From: Camelus ferus
Lineage: Eukaryota
Assembly: GCF_009834535.1 (NCBI RefSeq)
Contig: NC_045709.1
Span: 52,328,001-52,392,000 of the forward strand
Direction: 5' to 3'
DNA: 64,000 nucleotides
Positions 35,999-49,529 of the stretch are shown one piece after another; position 1 is the first letter of the stretch; the number at the start of each line of letters is the position of its first letter. Under the pieces are notes generated by a model that had not been told where the DNA came from, did not search any database, and saw nothing but the letters and a program-made list of their open reading frames with translations. The position numbers were made by a program, and so were the translations under genes.

Positions 35999-37194
35999 AG
36001 ACAGTAATAGCTGAGTTATTCTTTTATTTACACCCTTATTTTCTCATTTGGATCCTCTGTTAGAACATTTGAAGCAGATTATGAAAAATTATATGTGCAG
36101 TAATCACCTGAGGCTGATGAAACAGAAATGGAAAGGGAGAACAAAGGAAAGGGAGAAAGTGGTCTCACTCTAAAGGTTGATATAATAGTCATAAATATTC
36201 ATCACATTCGAATCGGAGGTTCCTAGAAGCCAGGGCATGAAGGGAAAATAAGGTTATGTATATTTGGTTTTCATTAAGGAAAGTGAATATCAGTTCCTGC
36301 GAGGACAGAGAGCATTTTCCTGGCACTGCCCTCTCAAAGAAATTGAAACCATAGAAGGATAACATTGCCTACCTCCCAGGGTTGTTCAGTGCATTAAGTA
36401 TCTATAAAAACCTTTATAAATTGCAAACTATTATTTAACACTAATTAATACATAAATATTGATTAAACATATTTCCAGAGACTGAGGTTCAAAGCAAAGA
36501 GCAGAGTTTTAATATCTTACTTCTTTTTTAGTGAAAAGCATTTCTATAATGTACTCTATGTTCTCCTGTCTTCCTCCCTTCCAGAGCAGATCCAGGGCAT
36601 AATATCACTTTTAGAAGAGATCTGAGAGTTCACGATTATAGCTATCAATGATTGTGGTTTGCAGTGTCTATCACTGTAAACGTAAATGGGAGAAAATTAT
36701 GTGGCATATAGGCATGAATGGAAAGGACTCCACCAATGGGTCTGACATTTGCTTTCTAGGAAAAAAAAAATCTCCAATTTTTCTTTGCTTTTAAACAATT
36801 TGACTCTCATAAAGGTGCAGTGAAAAATGTGCAGCTGTTGACCCCTGGGGCAGTGTAACACAGCTGCTTTTCTGTAAAACTGATTAGTGAACAAAAGTTG
36901 AAGCAAGAAGCCTTCTCCCCAGTGATTTTTGTTAACCCCCTGACAGTCTTCATGGCCACTGTGTCTCTTCCTCCTCAACGCCATTCAAAGCATCCTTCTT
37001 AGTTTCTTGATCACAACTCACTGGTCCAGGGGTGTCTTCTTGTCAGCTCATCATTCTTCTTTCACCTCACTCACCCAGGATGCAGTCTGAGGATGCAGTG
37101 TGTAAACTGGAGCATACTTTAGTTCTTTAAGAAGTTGTCCGAGGGCAAAGGGTATGGTCTAGAACAGAGCCTGACAGCGATATTAACAACACCT

Positions 37195-37500
37195 AACAGC
37201 TGTGTATCAGTTTAAAAGCTCACAGAATACTTCCTTATACATAGTTTCATTTAATCCCCACAATATTTCTGTGTGTAAGTTATTTTCTCCATTTTGCAGA
37301 GAGATTAAGACATCTCTGAACTTGAATCCTGCTTCTGCTTCTTATTGGCTATGGGAGCTCAGGCAAACTAATATTTTTCTGACTCAACGTCCTCACCTAT
37401 AAAATAGGAATAAAGACTGAATAAGGTAATATCTGTGAAGCACCTTCAGAGGGTCAGACATATAGTAGGTACATAGTAATGGTGATTATTATTATTATGT
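37195..37500. mobile_element. Two adjacent MIR fragments in opposite orientation
   Basis: tttcatttaatccccacaat...ctccattttgcagagag, then ttgaatcctgcttctgc...ctcacctataaaataggaat...acatatagtaggtac. Confidence 0.65.
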
Positions 37501-37864
37501 TACCTGAACAGAACTCTTGCAGCCACAAAAAAAATTATAAATTGCATATTAAAATGTTACAATATTATTCAAAGTCACAGTCATGTTCTATTAAAATCTT
37601 TCTTCAAGCAATATAATTTTCCTAGTAATACTTTGATCCATAGTTTGAATTGGTATATAACATCGGTTTAAAAAAAAAAAAGGGTCCCCAAACATAAGCC
37701 TACTTCTTCAAAAATAAACCATAACATCTTCTAGGACTCCTTCCATGAAGCTACCAAAAGGTGACTAAATCAGTGAGAAGAGTTTCTGTCTGAAAGCAGA
37801 GTTGGTTTGTGCTCTGTACTCAGTCAGTAAATGTAACATAGCTACAAACTCCAGGATTACGATT

Positions 37865-37957
37865 CTTTTTTCTTTAATAGAAATACCGGGGATTGAACCC
37901 AGGACCTCGTGCATGCAAAGCATGTGCGCTACCACTGAGCTCTATCCCACCACCCCC
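37865..37957 (-). mobile_element. Camelid Vic-1-type SINE, short form
   Basis: Reverse strand reads gagctcagtggtagcgcacatgctttgcatgcacgaggtcctgggttcaatccccggt followed by an A-rich tail. Confidence 0.9.
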
Positions 37958-40564
37958 TATTTTTTTGTTTTTGTTAATAGGACTATGAACTTTAATCCTT
38001 AATATTTTCATATAACAGGAACCTCAACCAGTAGTGCACAAAGTCTTTTCTTATTTGATTCATCGAAGAGGCATTGGATTATTTTCTAGGGATCTTCTAG
38101 GTTAGAATTGCCAAAATAGCCAGCGTCTTCAGGGTGGTAAATTGTTTAAAGGTGACTTATGTGAAATCCAGCCGCAAACATTTTTCAGCAGCCTCCTAAT
38201 GTGCTGAGACTTTGTCACTAGTTACTACCATTCCTAATAGTACGCCGCGTTCTAAATGGCCAGCCATGGCCTTGAAAAAGTGTACCAGCTGTGGTCACTG
38301 TGTTTGCGGATACAGCCCGGCTTTTCAGCCAGCTCTCAGTCAGACTTGGGGAGAGCTTTGATCTTTTCACCGTGAGGCACATGGTCTCTGTGTCAAATAT
38401 CACCAGTGGCACTATTTCACAAGTTGTTGTACTCAGGTTGGCATGAGGACTGGGCAGGAGTTAAAACTCAGAGTCAAGGCTAGGTATACACAAGCAAATA
38501 CTGAGAGCCAAACCCAACGGTGCCAAAAAAAAAGTTGTAATACAGGGAGCAAGATAAGATACGGAGCTGGAGTCCAGTCCCAGGTCAGAGGGCGGGAACA
38601 GGCTGCAGAGCAGCTGAAACTGTCATCCCCTGGCTAAAGCTGTTCGTATTGGACCACCTTTGAGGAGAGTGACTCACATGAAGGGGCACTCAGTGTCTCA
38701 GAGACACCACTTACCGCAGAGGTGACTCCAGATGCAAGAAATTTCAACAACTACCATTTCAAAGCCTTGCTATGTTATCAGGTAAATACACCTAAAACTC
38801 TTTGGCTTAAGGCCAGCTCATCCAATGATAAAGTCACCTATTTGTATATGAAATGAAATATGCATTTCATTTTTGATATAACCATTCCAACCAATTTTGG
38901 GAACATTTTAGTTCTAGTAGTTTTCCTTTTTTGAATGACTGGTTTTGACTCATTTAAGGATGCTTAGCTAATTTTTCTAAGCATTCTTTTGTTTTAACTT
39001 CATATTTTTATAACATGCTCCTGATAACATTAAGAGATGATTCATTAAATGCATCCTTTGTATCTTGAATTCTTTAGTGAATACTTTTACAAGCTATATA
39101 AATTTTATTAAGTAAATGAACAAATATCTTGTGTTTGTTCCCTTCTAATGAGGGATTAATGTTTTGATGATAACAAAGAGAAGATCTGTTATGATTGTAT
39201 TATGTGGATGTCAGGAACAATGAAGTGCAATGGGGAAGTAAATTCAATGGAGAACTAAGTTAAATATGAGATTAAGGATAAAATCACAGTACCTGGCATA
39301 TGTTAATTACTTCCTTAATACTAGTTCCTTTTAGAGAAATGAGAAATTCATTTTCATTACCAAATTGACTTGGTTGATATGTCATACACCTCAAATTTTT
39401 GCAACTTTTCATTTCACATTGAATCCTACCAATCTTGTGGGGGGTTTTTTTGTTTTCTGTTGATTTTTATGATCTGGAGAAGGGCGAAAGTACATAAAGA
39501 AATATTATTTTGGATCTGGGTGGTTTCAGTTTATTTTATTTATTTCCTTAACTCCAGTTAGAAACAGACTCTGGGAAAAGGAGCTATTTTCACTTGACCC
39601 TATACTGGTTCCAGTGTTCCTATACTAAACCTCTAGCCTTCTGTCCTCTCCCTTCTGGCCTCTGTGAGCAAAGAAGTGAGGTATACCAGATGTTCCAAGG
39701 CTTGCCTCTCCCCACAGGACATGCTGTGGGCAAGGAAGCCAATTTGGTTATGCTCTAATGCATTCTTTGCTTGAGCACCTCTATGTGGTAGCCAGCCAGA
39801 TGAAGAGGCACAGAATAGAGAAAAGATTTAACAAGCTCCAGGATCAGAGTATGTGAATGTGGAAGAAGAGATGGGAATTTATTAGAATGAAAGCATTCAA
39901 GGTGAGCAGAGAGAAGGATCAATACATAGTTCTAGTTTGGTGGGAAAAAATATATGGCTTTGTTTGCCTTCGCTTGCTTCTGCATAATTACAAAGGCACA
40001 ATATCAGCTGCAAATATCTAGGAAAAGAAACAGTGGAGAGAACCAAAATGCATGTTGGGCAGGGAAGCCAGGTGCGATATAAATCAGTGAGATAACCTGG
40101 CTTCGGTGGGAGAAGAGCCAGCTGTTTGAATGCATGTCTGGAAAAGGTTAAAGAGGGCATGGAGGAATCTGGATGAACTGTTATAAGCATCCGGTGTGCA
40201 GTCCTGCGTATTTAATATTAGAATAAAGTAGATGGTGAGTCAGAGACTAAAGAACGAAATAAAGCTTAAGGTAGTCAGTAGACAAAGAAAAATGGAGGCA
40301 AGATCAGTGCAGAAATAGGATTACAGATAAAATAAATAATGTAAATAAATGTTGAGGGGAAATTATGTAAAAAAGTGACACAAAGAGGCTAGATACTGTA
40401 CTGTTTTCTAACAGGAGTGAACTTTTAATTGTTAAAAAGAAAGTGTTTGTACATTAGTTCAAAATTCTACCTAATTGATACATCCTCAACTACCAACCAC
40501 CAATTAAATACCATTTTTAGATTTTTCCTATATAGGTCTCTTAGTTTTCACAAGTCTGTCTTTT

Positions 40565-41030
40565 CATTGCCCACCCAATGGTCATTATGCCTTTCCAACC
40601 TGCTAAGAGGAACACGATTTTGCAGTGAGCAGAGATCTTCCAATTTCAGGCATGGTGGGATCCTGACTTAGCCCCAGGGGAAAGGTCATGATTGGTCTAG
40701 GTCATTAATAATAATCTCATTCCCTTCTGTTAATGGATTTGGTCCCAAAGTGGCATGTGAATGAGTTCTGATCAATGAAACATCAAGGGAAACCTGGCAT
40801 TTGCTAGGAGTTTATCTCTTCCTGCTTTGTGATACTGATGTAAAAACATAATGCCTGGCGGTGTGGCAGCTATCTTGCAACCATGAGGCAACAAGTAGAC
40901 AAAGTTGAAGGATAGAGTCAGGCTCCTGGTTGATCCCATTTAATAGCTGAGTTGCCAACTACCAGATGTGTTACTTGTGTAAGCTGCTATTTAGCTGAAT
41001 TTTCTGTTACTTGAACTGGAAAGCATTCAG
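40565..41030 (+). mobile_element. MLT1J/K-like LTR
   Basis: tcatgattggtctag ... ggcagctatcttgcaaccatgaggc ... tttctgttacttgaactggaaagcattc. Confidence 0.75.
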
Positions 41031-43149
41031 TCTCTCAATCATATCTGGACTGGGCAATCAACTTGTAACTGTCACTGTGTCTTTTAGGCTTTAAAAGAAC
41101 ACATTCTTCCCCCCAGTAGTTTAAGAAATTATTTAAATGAACCATGTCAAACTAACATATTTAAAAATAATTTAGCACATTCTCTTGTTGTCATAAATCC
41201 ACAGAACTTAAGCATGACAAGTTGTTCTACATATTTTCATGTGTTATCACCTTCTACTGGGGATATAAAAAAGGAGATACGAGAAAATTAAAATGAATAA
41301 ATTGCAGTAAAAAACCTGAGTATATGAATAAATACAGATAAAAATAACATTCCCATGTTGACTCCTGATTAATCATTGTAACTAAAATTTATTTAAGAAC
41401 ATGCGAAGTCTTAGAGAGCAAAAAGACCATAGATATGCTTTTATTTTACCTTGGGAACAAAGTAAAGGAGTTAAGAGATCTACCTGTGATCATTCAACTA
41501 GACAGCAGCAAGCAGGAAGAGACTGTAATCCTTTCAGGCCAAAGCTTTTCTGTTCCATCACACTGACTTCCAAAGGAGACGTAGACTCACTGTCATAATT
41601 ATTGAAATCTGTTCACAAGAAAGCCATGGCCAGATGTGACCTCTCCTGAAATGTACCTCTTTGTTATCTTCAATTCTTCCCTTATTTTTGCTTGTCCTTT
41701 TTCTTGTACATTACACTGATATTTCTTCTTTTTTTTTTCACTTTTCTTTCTTATTTTTTGATATTTGATGGCTCCTCTATTCTGATGACCTTGACTTTCC
41801 CTTCTCACTTCTTCTAATTTACTCATTCTTACTTTACTTACTTCCTTTCACTCTTATCTCCATCCTTCCACCAAATCTTAGTTTCAAGTCACTCATCCAC
41901 TCATCCACTTTCTCTTCTGAACGTCAACTCGTAGGACTTGGGTAACTCATTTCTTGTCCTTGGTTCTTTTGATTGATTTTTGCCTATTTTCCTTGGTATA
42001 ATCTATTTTCATTTTTAAGCCCTTCTTTTACACATGCTTTTTTAAATACACACTCTAACTTCATAATTATTATTTTATTCAATATATCCTGCCATGTTCC
42101 TACATTAGTGGAGCAGTAATGGTCAAGAGGACCTGGGCCTGGCAATCTAGCCAATATCACTGCTGACCCGCAATTCCTCTGCTGGGACTGGAAAATAAAG
42201 ACCATGCAAATGCTGATAAGCAGGGTGAGGAGGACCAAGAGGAATCCAAAGAGTAATGAGGAAGAGAAAGAAAAGAGAAGAACAAAAAAACTGCATTATA
42301 TCCTACTATTTCAGAGCTGTGATATTTCACACACACACAAGAAAATGGGCAAGCTTCCAGATTGTTAGGAATGGCCTAATTGGAGGAAGACACAGGGAAC
42401 CCCCAAAATTAAGCATCTGCCTTAATTTAAAAACCAAACCTGAAGAGGTCAGTGCTAGGTCTCAAAGAACCTGGGTTAAAGGTTAAAGATAAGGGAGACA
42501 TTGGTCAAGGTCTCTTCAGTGTTGACCAACCTGTGTTGCCAAACTAGTGGGTTCTTTTGTAGTGTCATTCATCCACTGTGTTTGATGAGGAGGAGGACAT
42601 TGAACAGACATCAGGGAGAAAGAGAATATTATTTTGTGGCTTAACAGTGGACTTGAACACATAAGTTCCATCCATTACAAGAAAGGTCCAATGGTTCTAA
42701 CTCTGTTGTGATCACAGTTGTATTGGTTTGCGATGCTGTAGTAGAAAACAATCTCTTTTGAAAAGAGAAGTCACGTCTGTTGCTGCCACTTTCCCGTGTT
42801 CACTCCACCTTGGAATTTGTGTACTTTATTAAAATGAATTCTGCATGATAGTAAAAATATTTTCTTATAAAAGAAGTTTCCAAAATGATAGGAAAATGCA
42901 TTGGTTAAAAGTAGAGTCATTTAATATCTTGTCTCTAGCTTAATCAGGGAATGAAAAGAGTATTTTTGAATATCTATGACCTTTCCTTAACACTTTATCT
43001 GTGAGTCCTTTCGGATGTGGAATGCTTGAAGGAGGAAGAGTTGAGGAGGAATGAAAATTAATCTCTATTCAATTGCTAAACAAATAAGGATGCAGTCCGT
43101 TTTCCCACGGGCCACCCTTGTCTGGATCTAAAATTGAGGAACATGAGTT

Positions 43150-43620
43150 ACGAGTTAGTCTCCTAGGGAGGCTGTAACAAATTGCTACAAATCTGGTGGC
43201 TTAAAACAGTAGAAATTTCTTCTCTTACAGTCTGGAGGCCAGAAGTCTGAAGTGAAGGTGTCGGCAGGGTTGGTTCCTTCTGGAGTTTCTGCAGGAGAGT
43301 CTGTCCCACGTACCTCTTCCCTGTTCTGGTGGCTCCTGGCAATCCTTGGCATTCCTCAGACTGTAGCTGCGTCACTCCAATCTCTTCCTCCATCTTCACA
43401 TGGCCTTCATCTCCTGTATCTCTCTGTGTGTCTAAATCTGCCTCTCCTTTCTCTTATAAAGATATCCATTTTTTTTTTTTGGATGTAGGGCCCATCCTAA
43501 AAACAGGGTGATTTCATCTTAAAGCTTTAAATCCATCTGCTAAGACTGTATTTCCAAATAAGATCACATTCTGAGGTTTGAGTGGACATGAATTTGTGGG
43601 AATACTCCACAGCCCACAAC
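43150..43620 (-). mobile_element. MLT1C/D-like LTR
   Basis: ggctgtaacaaattgctacaaatctggtggcttaaaacag ... gactgtatttccaaataagatcacattctgagg. Confidence 0.88.
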
Positions 43621-45789
43621 AGGCTATAACAGCAAGTTTTAAAATAGGGATCAGCACAGACTAACAAATTTGTACAAACTCTAGTTTCACCACCTTTCCC
43701 AAATCCTGTTAGCCCAGTTTGAGGAAGCCCCACCAGGATGCATCCAGAACACTCTGGGATGTCCCAAACTGACGCCTTCACTCCACCCTACAGACGTCTG
43801 CCACGTGAATGACTTGGCTCCCACTTATTATGCCACCTCTGGTTCCATCTTGGCTGCTCCTCTGCTCTGCTCTAGGGGATGCCTTGGTGAAGAGGGGAGG
43901 AAGCAGCTCTTCTGTCCTCCTGCTTATCAGGACTTTAAATATTTCCACAGCGAGATGTGTGTACTTGCACTGTAAGCTAATTAGAGCAGACCAAAACCTG
44001 ACTCAAATTCAACATTCTGGGTCAAAAGTTCTCTTGAGTCAACTACTCAGAATTATTCCTCCCCACTGACCTCGTCCAGCGTGTCTCTGCGTCTCCATCT
44101 CCCCACCTTCCTAAGTTTCTTCCCTTTCCGGTCCATATGCTTCTAAGACTAGGGAGTGAACCCAGTCACCTGATTTCTGAAGGTGGGGCTGCAGGGAAGG
44201 AGCCCGAACCGTAAGTGTCCCCTCATCATTTTTCATCTCCCTCGGGCTCATTTGACATGTATGTAAAGATGTTTTGTTTATTCTATATTCTCTGCCTTCT
44301 GGAAATGCCTGGATATGCACACTGATTAGGCTGAGACCTTCCATCCAAAGCAGAAACATAGCTTTAGACAGGTTTCCTAGTTCTCTCTGCAACAAAGAAT
44401 AAGCAAAAATATATCCCACCTGTGTATATTTAGGGAGAATTTAGTTACAAGGTGGTATAAATAAGATGGGTGTGAGAGATCTACCAGCTGCTCCTTTAGA
44501 CTGAGTTCCACTGGTTGTTAGTGTATCAGTGAGGAGTGGATGGGTCCAGAATTTCACTTTCAGTGTCTGGAAGAAAAATATACATGCAAAGAGTATGGGG
44601 AAACATGCCATCATACTATGATCCGACACTAGAGAAAGCACTATGTTCCTTACATTTTTAAGTTCTGTCATTGGATTTTTAAATTCTCTCTGCTGAGCTA
44701 ATTCACATGAACCAAACTGCAAAGCATTGATAAGCCAAAATGCCAATTTATTCATTTACACTGAAAAGCATTACTACAGGGGGATCATAATGTTCACTTC
44801 GATGAGTTGGAGTAATATCTTCTCAACAGAAATGTGTCCTTGAGAAATAAAATCAAAATTAGAGGATAGCTTGTGATTACTGAATGAGAGTAAAAGAAAG
44901 GAGTGAACTTAAGGCATCCAGCAACTTCTCCACCTTGGAGTCACAGCGGCCATGCAGATCAAAATTTCTCAGTTGCTCCAGAGTGCACTAAAGTAATAAT
45001 GGAATATGTACCTTATCCAGCTCTCAAGTTTCAGTGTTCTTTATTATTGTGCAAAAGTTTCTGTGACTAAAATTGCACTTGGTGTCAGAATTTTCAGCAG
45101 TATTATATCCATTCCTTCCTCCTTGATTTTCAGAACATATTTGGATTCGGGTTTCCCGGGTGGGAATGTAGGAAGGTACTATTATCTTACCTGTGACACT
45201 CTCATGTGACTCTTCTTTGAGTGACATTACATTGTTGGAAGAAAATACTCTTCCCAAAAGTCTACACTTACTCATTTGTGCGAGCTGTTGTTATTCCAGT
45301 CAGACCAAAAGGTGCACCGTTTTTGGAATCTGCAGTCCTTTGTATTTGCCACACAGGTCTCAAGCACACATGTAGACAACGTGGTCTGCAGCGGACTTAG
45401 TTCCTAGAAGGAACATGGCCAACTGGGAATGTGTAAAGAACTAAGTTTCAGGATATCTGGCTTCTGGTCTCAGGTCTGCCTCAAAATTCCTGAGGCATAG
45501 GAAACTCATGTCTGTTTGCTCATATTTAGACGTTGAGAACCAGGATAGCTCATTTCCCAATTCCTCTGACTAGCACAGTAGTAGGTGTTCATGCTGGTAA
45601 TCAAACAATCATCTCTAATAGCTCTTTTGATGGTGAAAATTTTACAGAATCTTGGTGAATTATAATCTAGGTTGGTGAATAACACTTTACAAATCTGATT
45701 TTTCTCTAATAGTAGATTTCCATTTATTCACTCAGTGAACGTTCATTGCAAACTGCCTATGTGTCAGGCAAGAGCCCTGACCTTAAAGA

Positions 45790-46480
45790 ACTTATTGAAA
45801 CGAATAACTTCAAGCTTTGTCCTCATATTCAACATCCTTCCTTTTCCCCACTCAACACTCGATATCCACTTCAGATCTTCTTTTTATTCTAATAATCTAA
45901 TCATCTCTCTTTACAACCAACTGCCTCTTTCCGTGTTTCCCTTTCCCATGATTGCCGCAAGATTTATTTTTCTCTGGGACTCACTTGTTTTGAACTCTTT
46001 TCTCAAGAAACCTGCCTACAGCTTTGTAATCCAAGTTCAGAAGTTTAGGAAAAGCAGACTCTAACAAAAAAGCAGGAGTCTGAGTGAGGGATTCCAGTGG
46101 CCTTCCACTTACCTAATCCTGGAACGTACATTGCTCACATCTGCAACAATACAAGGTCCCCCTGCTTCTTTATCCTACTGGTAGACCACTCCAAGAACTC
46201 AGAGTCACTCCCAGACCACCTCCTTCTTCCGCCCTCCCTTGCAAATCCCCCACAGGGTGGCTGGGAAGGAATCCAGCCCGACATCCTGCAGCCACACATG
46301 TGTCTTCACTCATACTCCAGACCCTCCAGCCTTTGCAGGTCGCTGCCCTCCCATGGACCTCCCAGACCACCCACAGAGCCCTCCCCTGAGGTCCTGAACT
46401 TTCTCTCCCTCACCCTCTCATCTCTCTGTCATGCCCTGCACTATCTGTGCTCCACTGAGCTCCGTCAATGTCACTATTAC
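45790..46480 (+). mobile_element. L2 fragment
   Basis: aatcatctctctttacaacc ... gcaagatttatttttct ... cttctttatcctactggtagaccactcc. Confidence 0.55.
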
Positions 46481-47129
46481 CATCTTTAAAAAACATGATT
46501 TTAAATGTTGTAACATTTTAAATTTGAATAAGAACAAACCAACAAAGTGCAGCAGAAGCAGCAGCAATGCACCCAGTCATGAACACAAGAATGAGGAGGG
46601 GAGAGGCCCAGGAAACTCAAAGCCGGGTGTAGCCAGTGCAGGGAGTAGGGTTGGTTTTAAGTCTATGTTGAGTACCATCTGAGACAACGGAATGGTTGCA
46701 GACTCTTCCCTGGTCACGATCAACCAAGACTCCAAGACAAGCAGAATCCCACATCACTCAATTCCCATGCTTAACACTTTCCTCTGATCCAAGCAGTTGG
46801 CCGGTCCCAGCTGTTGACCTTCTCCGTCCAGTATTTTAGGAGCATGATGAAGATTAATGACATTCTGGGGTACAGTTCAGGATTTTGTTATGGATCCGCA
46901 GGAAGCCTACAGGATCAGGAAAATATGGCCATTAGGTCACTGTCTCCAGGACCACTCTGAGCTCCTCATTTGCTTGTCCTAGGATTTGTGTCCTGTGTGT
47001 CAAGGGGCTGCTGCGCTATCTCAGAGAGCACAATCAACTTCCATCCCTTCCCCTGCAGAAGTTAAATCATGGCTAGAGGAAAGTATGTTTTTAAAAATAT
47101 AACAATTGTTTCTCTTTGTAATCAGCTCC

Positions 47130-47640
47130 TGATCAGTAGAATAATGTGACCTTACAGATGCCTTCAGCCCTTGTACGGGGCTCTTCTCTTGGCTGTAAAA
47201 TCAGATAAACCAGTTTGATCATATGCAAGTTCCATTTTAGAAATCCGTCATAAAAAGATAACTGGGGGGAAAAGATATATGTATAAGAGTATTTATTACA
47301 GTATTTTATACATTTGCAAATTTTGATGGATAAACCAAATACCAACTGATGAGTACATTGTCTTGTATACACATCATAGGTCACCAGGCAGTCATTAAAA
47401 GTGTATGATTTATTCATTGATAGAGAAATCCCCTGTGATTTATTGTTAAATGGAGAAAGTCAAAAAACAATATATATGATTCCATTTATGAAAAGTTTAC
47501 ACTAACATACCTACTCCACATATATACAGAAAGGTATTAACCAAAATACTGAACACTCCCTGTCAAATCCCAAAGTGGATCTTCACATCATTTCAAACAT
47601 TTTTATTTCTATTTTTCTGTATTCTTTGAATTTTCTACTA
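47130..47640. mobile_element. Rearranged L1ME-type 3' fragments
   Basis: tatatgattccatttatgaaaag ... atttctatttttctgtattctttgaattttctac. Confidence 0.5.
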
Positions 47641-47724
47641 TAAAATAAATAGTTTTTTTTTTTAAAGACTGGGGAAAAAACTTAACTAGCTATCTGTATT
47701 TTGAGGAAAGGAAAAGGAAAGTAC

Positions 47725-47905
47725 ACTGTCTTTAGAATCAGACTGAGGTAGTTTCAAGCCCTGACTGTCACTTGCTTGTTATGTAACCCTGGGCAAGTCA
47801 CTTAACTACACTGGGCGTCGCGTGCTTTACCCATAAAATTATTCCCTCCTTACCACAAGGGTTGCTGCTGGACAATATAAGATAGTAGTGGCAAAATCCT
47901 TTGAA
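47725..47905 (+). mobile_element. MIR SINE
   Basis: ttatgtaaccctgggcaagtcacttaactacactggg ... ccataaaatt ... accacaagggttgctg. Confidence 0.8.
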
Positions 47906-48559
47906 ATATTACCCAATGTACCTTTCTTTTAAGTTTTTTCAATACTAGAGTCCTTCCACCTCCCAACCTAGATGAGGAAAGCAGAGGCATCTAGCCACAG
48001 GAAAAAGGGAACATAGAAGAAAATAGTGAGAAAAATATGCTGGAATCAGCAGTCACACTTTTGTCTTTAAATTCTTAAATTATTGAAATCTTTAGAAGAG
48101 ACACAAAACTTGAAAACCAAAGTACCATTTAAAAAATTCCTTTCATGCATTTTTTTTCTGTCCTCACCTTGCAAGTATTACTCTTAAAATAAAATTAATT
48201 TTAAAAAAAGAATAGTTGAACCTCAAACTGCCAAACCAATCTCCAAATAAACCAAGTTCAATTACTTGTCCCAGGACACGATACTTCATTCATTCAGTCA
48301 ACATGTATTTTTTTTTCCAGAAATTCTTCTAGACACTGAGAATGTAGCAGAGAGAGATACAAACAAAAATTCTGAAGTTTTAAAATATACTTTGTAAAAC
48401 AGGCAATACATTCTTATGATACAGACACACTGTAAAGGGGGAGGTATAGGGTGGAAAGGATGCAGAAACACTGGAGCTAATGTATGGCTGATGGCTAATT
48501 CTAAATTGATTGATTCAATTCCTGTGGAAGATGTTTTAATATCATGCCACAGAGGTGAA

Positions 48560-48815
48560 TAGCTGGTGCCCTATGATGGCAATCCCGCTCCTAGGTATAT
48601 TCCCAAGAGGAATAACTTGTACACATGTATCAGGAGACTTTATAAAGAATGCCTGGAACAAAGATGTTCACAAGAGCAAAAAACTGAAGACAATCCAAAT
48701 GTCCATGAGCAGAAGGACAGATTAATAAAATGAAGTATTTTCAGAGAATGATGAAAACGGACTACAACTGCATGCAATATTATGGCTAAATCTTTGAAAG
48801 ATAATTGAGGCAAAT
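48560..48815 (+). mobile_element. L1M 3' region interrupted by MLT1
   Basis: ggcaatcccgctcctaggtatattcccaag ... aaaaactgaagacaatccaaatgtccat. Confidence 0.75.
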
Positions 48816-49390
48816 GGTAGTTTCCCAAAATGGCCACAATAGTATTTCTGGTCCCAAATGTTGTCCCAGAACATTCTCTGCCCTCCGCACAACCTCTCAC
48901 AACAAGACGTGGCATCTCTGTTTCCTCCCTTTGAATTTGACTGGGTCTTTGTAACCGCCTCGACTCATATGGGACAGAATCTATGTGACCTCTGAGGGCT
49001 GGTCATGAAAGGAAGTATGGTTTCTGCCTTTATAGCCTTGAGCTGCCTTGTAAGGAGCCGGGGATCCTACAGCCACCAGCTGGAGAGACGCCATGGAAAG
49101 AACACGTAGAGACAGAGACAGCCTGAGAAGCTGGGCTTGCTCCAGTGCCCAGAAGCTCGAGTCTTAACCAGCCCAGGCAGCAGGAATGTGAGTGAAGATG
49201 TCTCAGAGGTGATTCCAGCTCTGGAAATCATTTGCCTCCAAACACATGAGAGACCCTGCTTCTCTCGAACTCCTGATTCCAGAAATACCATGAGAAGTCC
49301 ACTTATGTCCATCAACTATAAACGATGGTAGCTGTTTTAAGCCACTGTGTTTTGGAGTGATCTATAACACAGGAGTAGATGATTGGAACC
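48816..49390 (+). mobile_element. MLT1F/H-like LTR nested in L1M
   Basis: tggtagtttcccaaaatggccac ... gttttaagccactgtgttttggagtgatctataacacagg. Confidence 0.8.
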
Positions 49391-49529
49391 ATGATATTGG
49401 GTAAAAACAAAGAACAAGTCCCAGAAAAGTTCTTACTGTATGCTGTCATTTTTAGTGCTCCAAAATAAGTAAAACAAAACAATAAAACTATTTTTTAAGT
49501 TATTGAAAAATAAATGCAATCTTTTTTTA

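Noticed and set aside
14202-37957. Five tRNA-Ala-like sequences as tRNA genes
   Set aside because: They have A-rich tails, TSDs and degenerate stems, so they are camelid tRNA-derived SINEs rather than tRNA genes.
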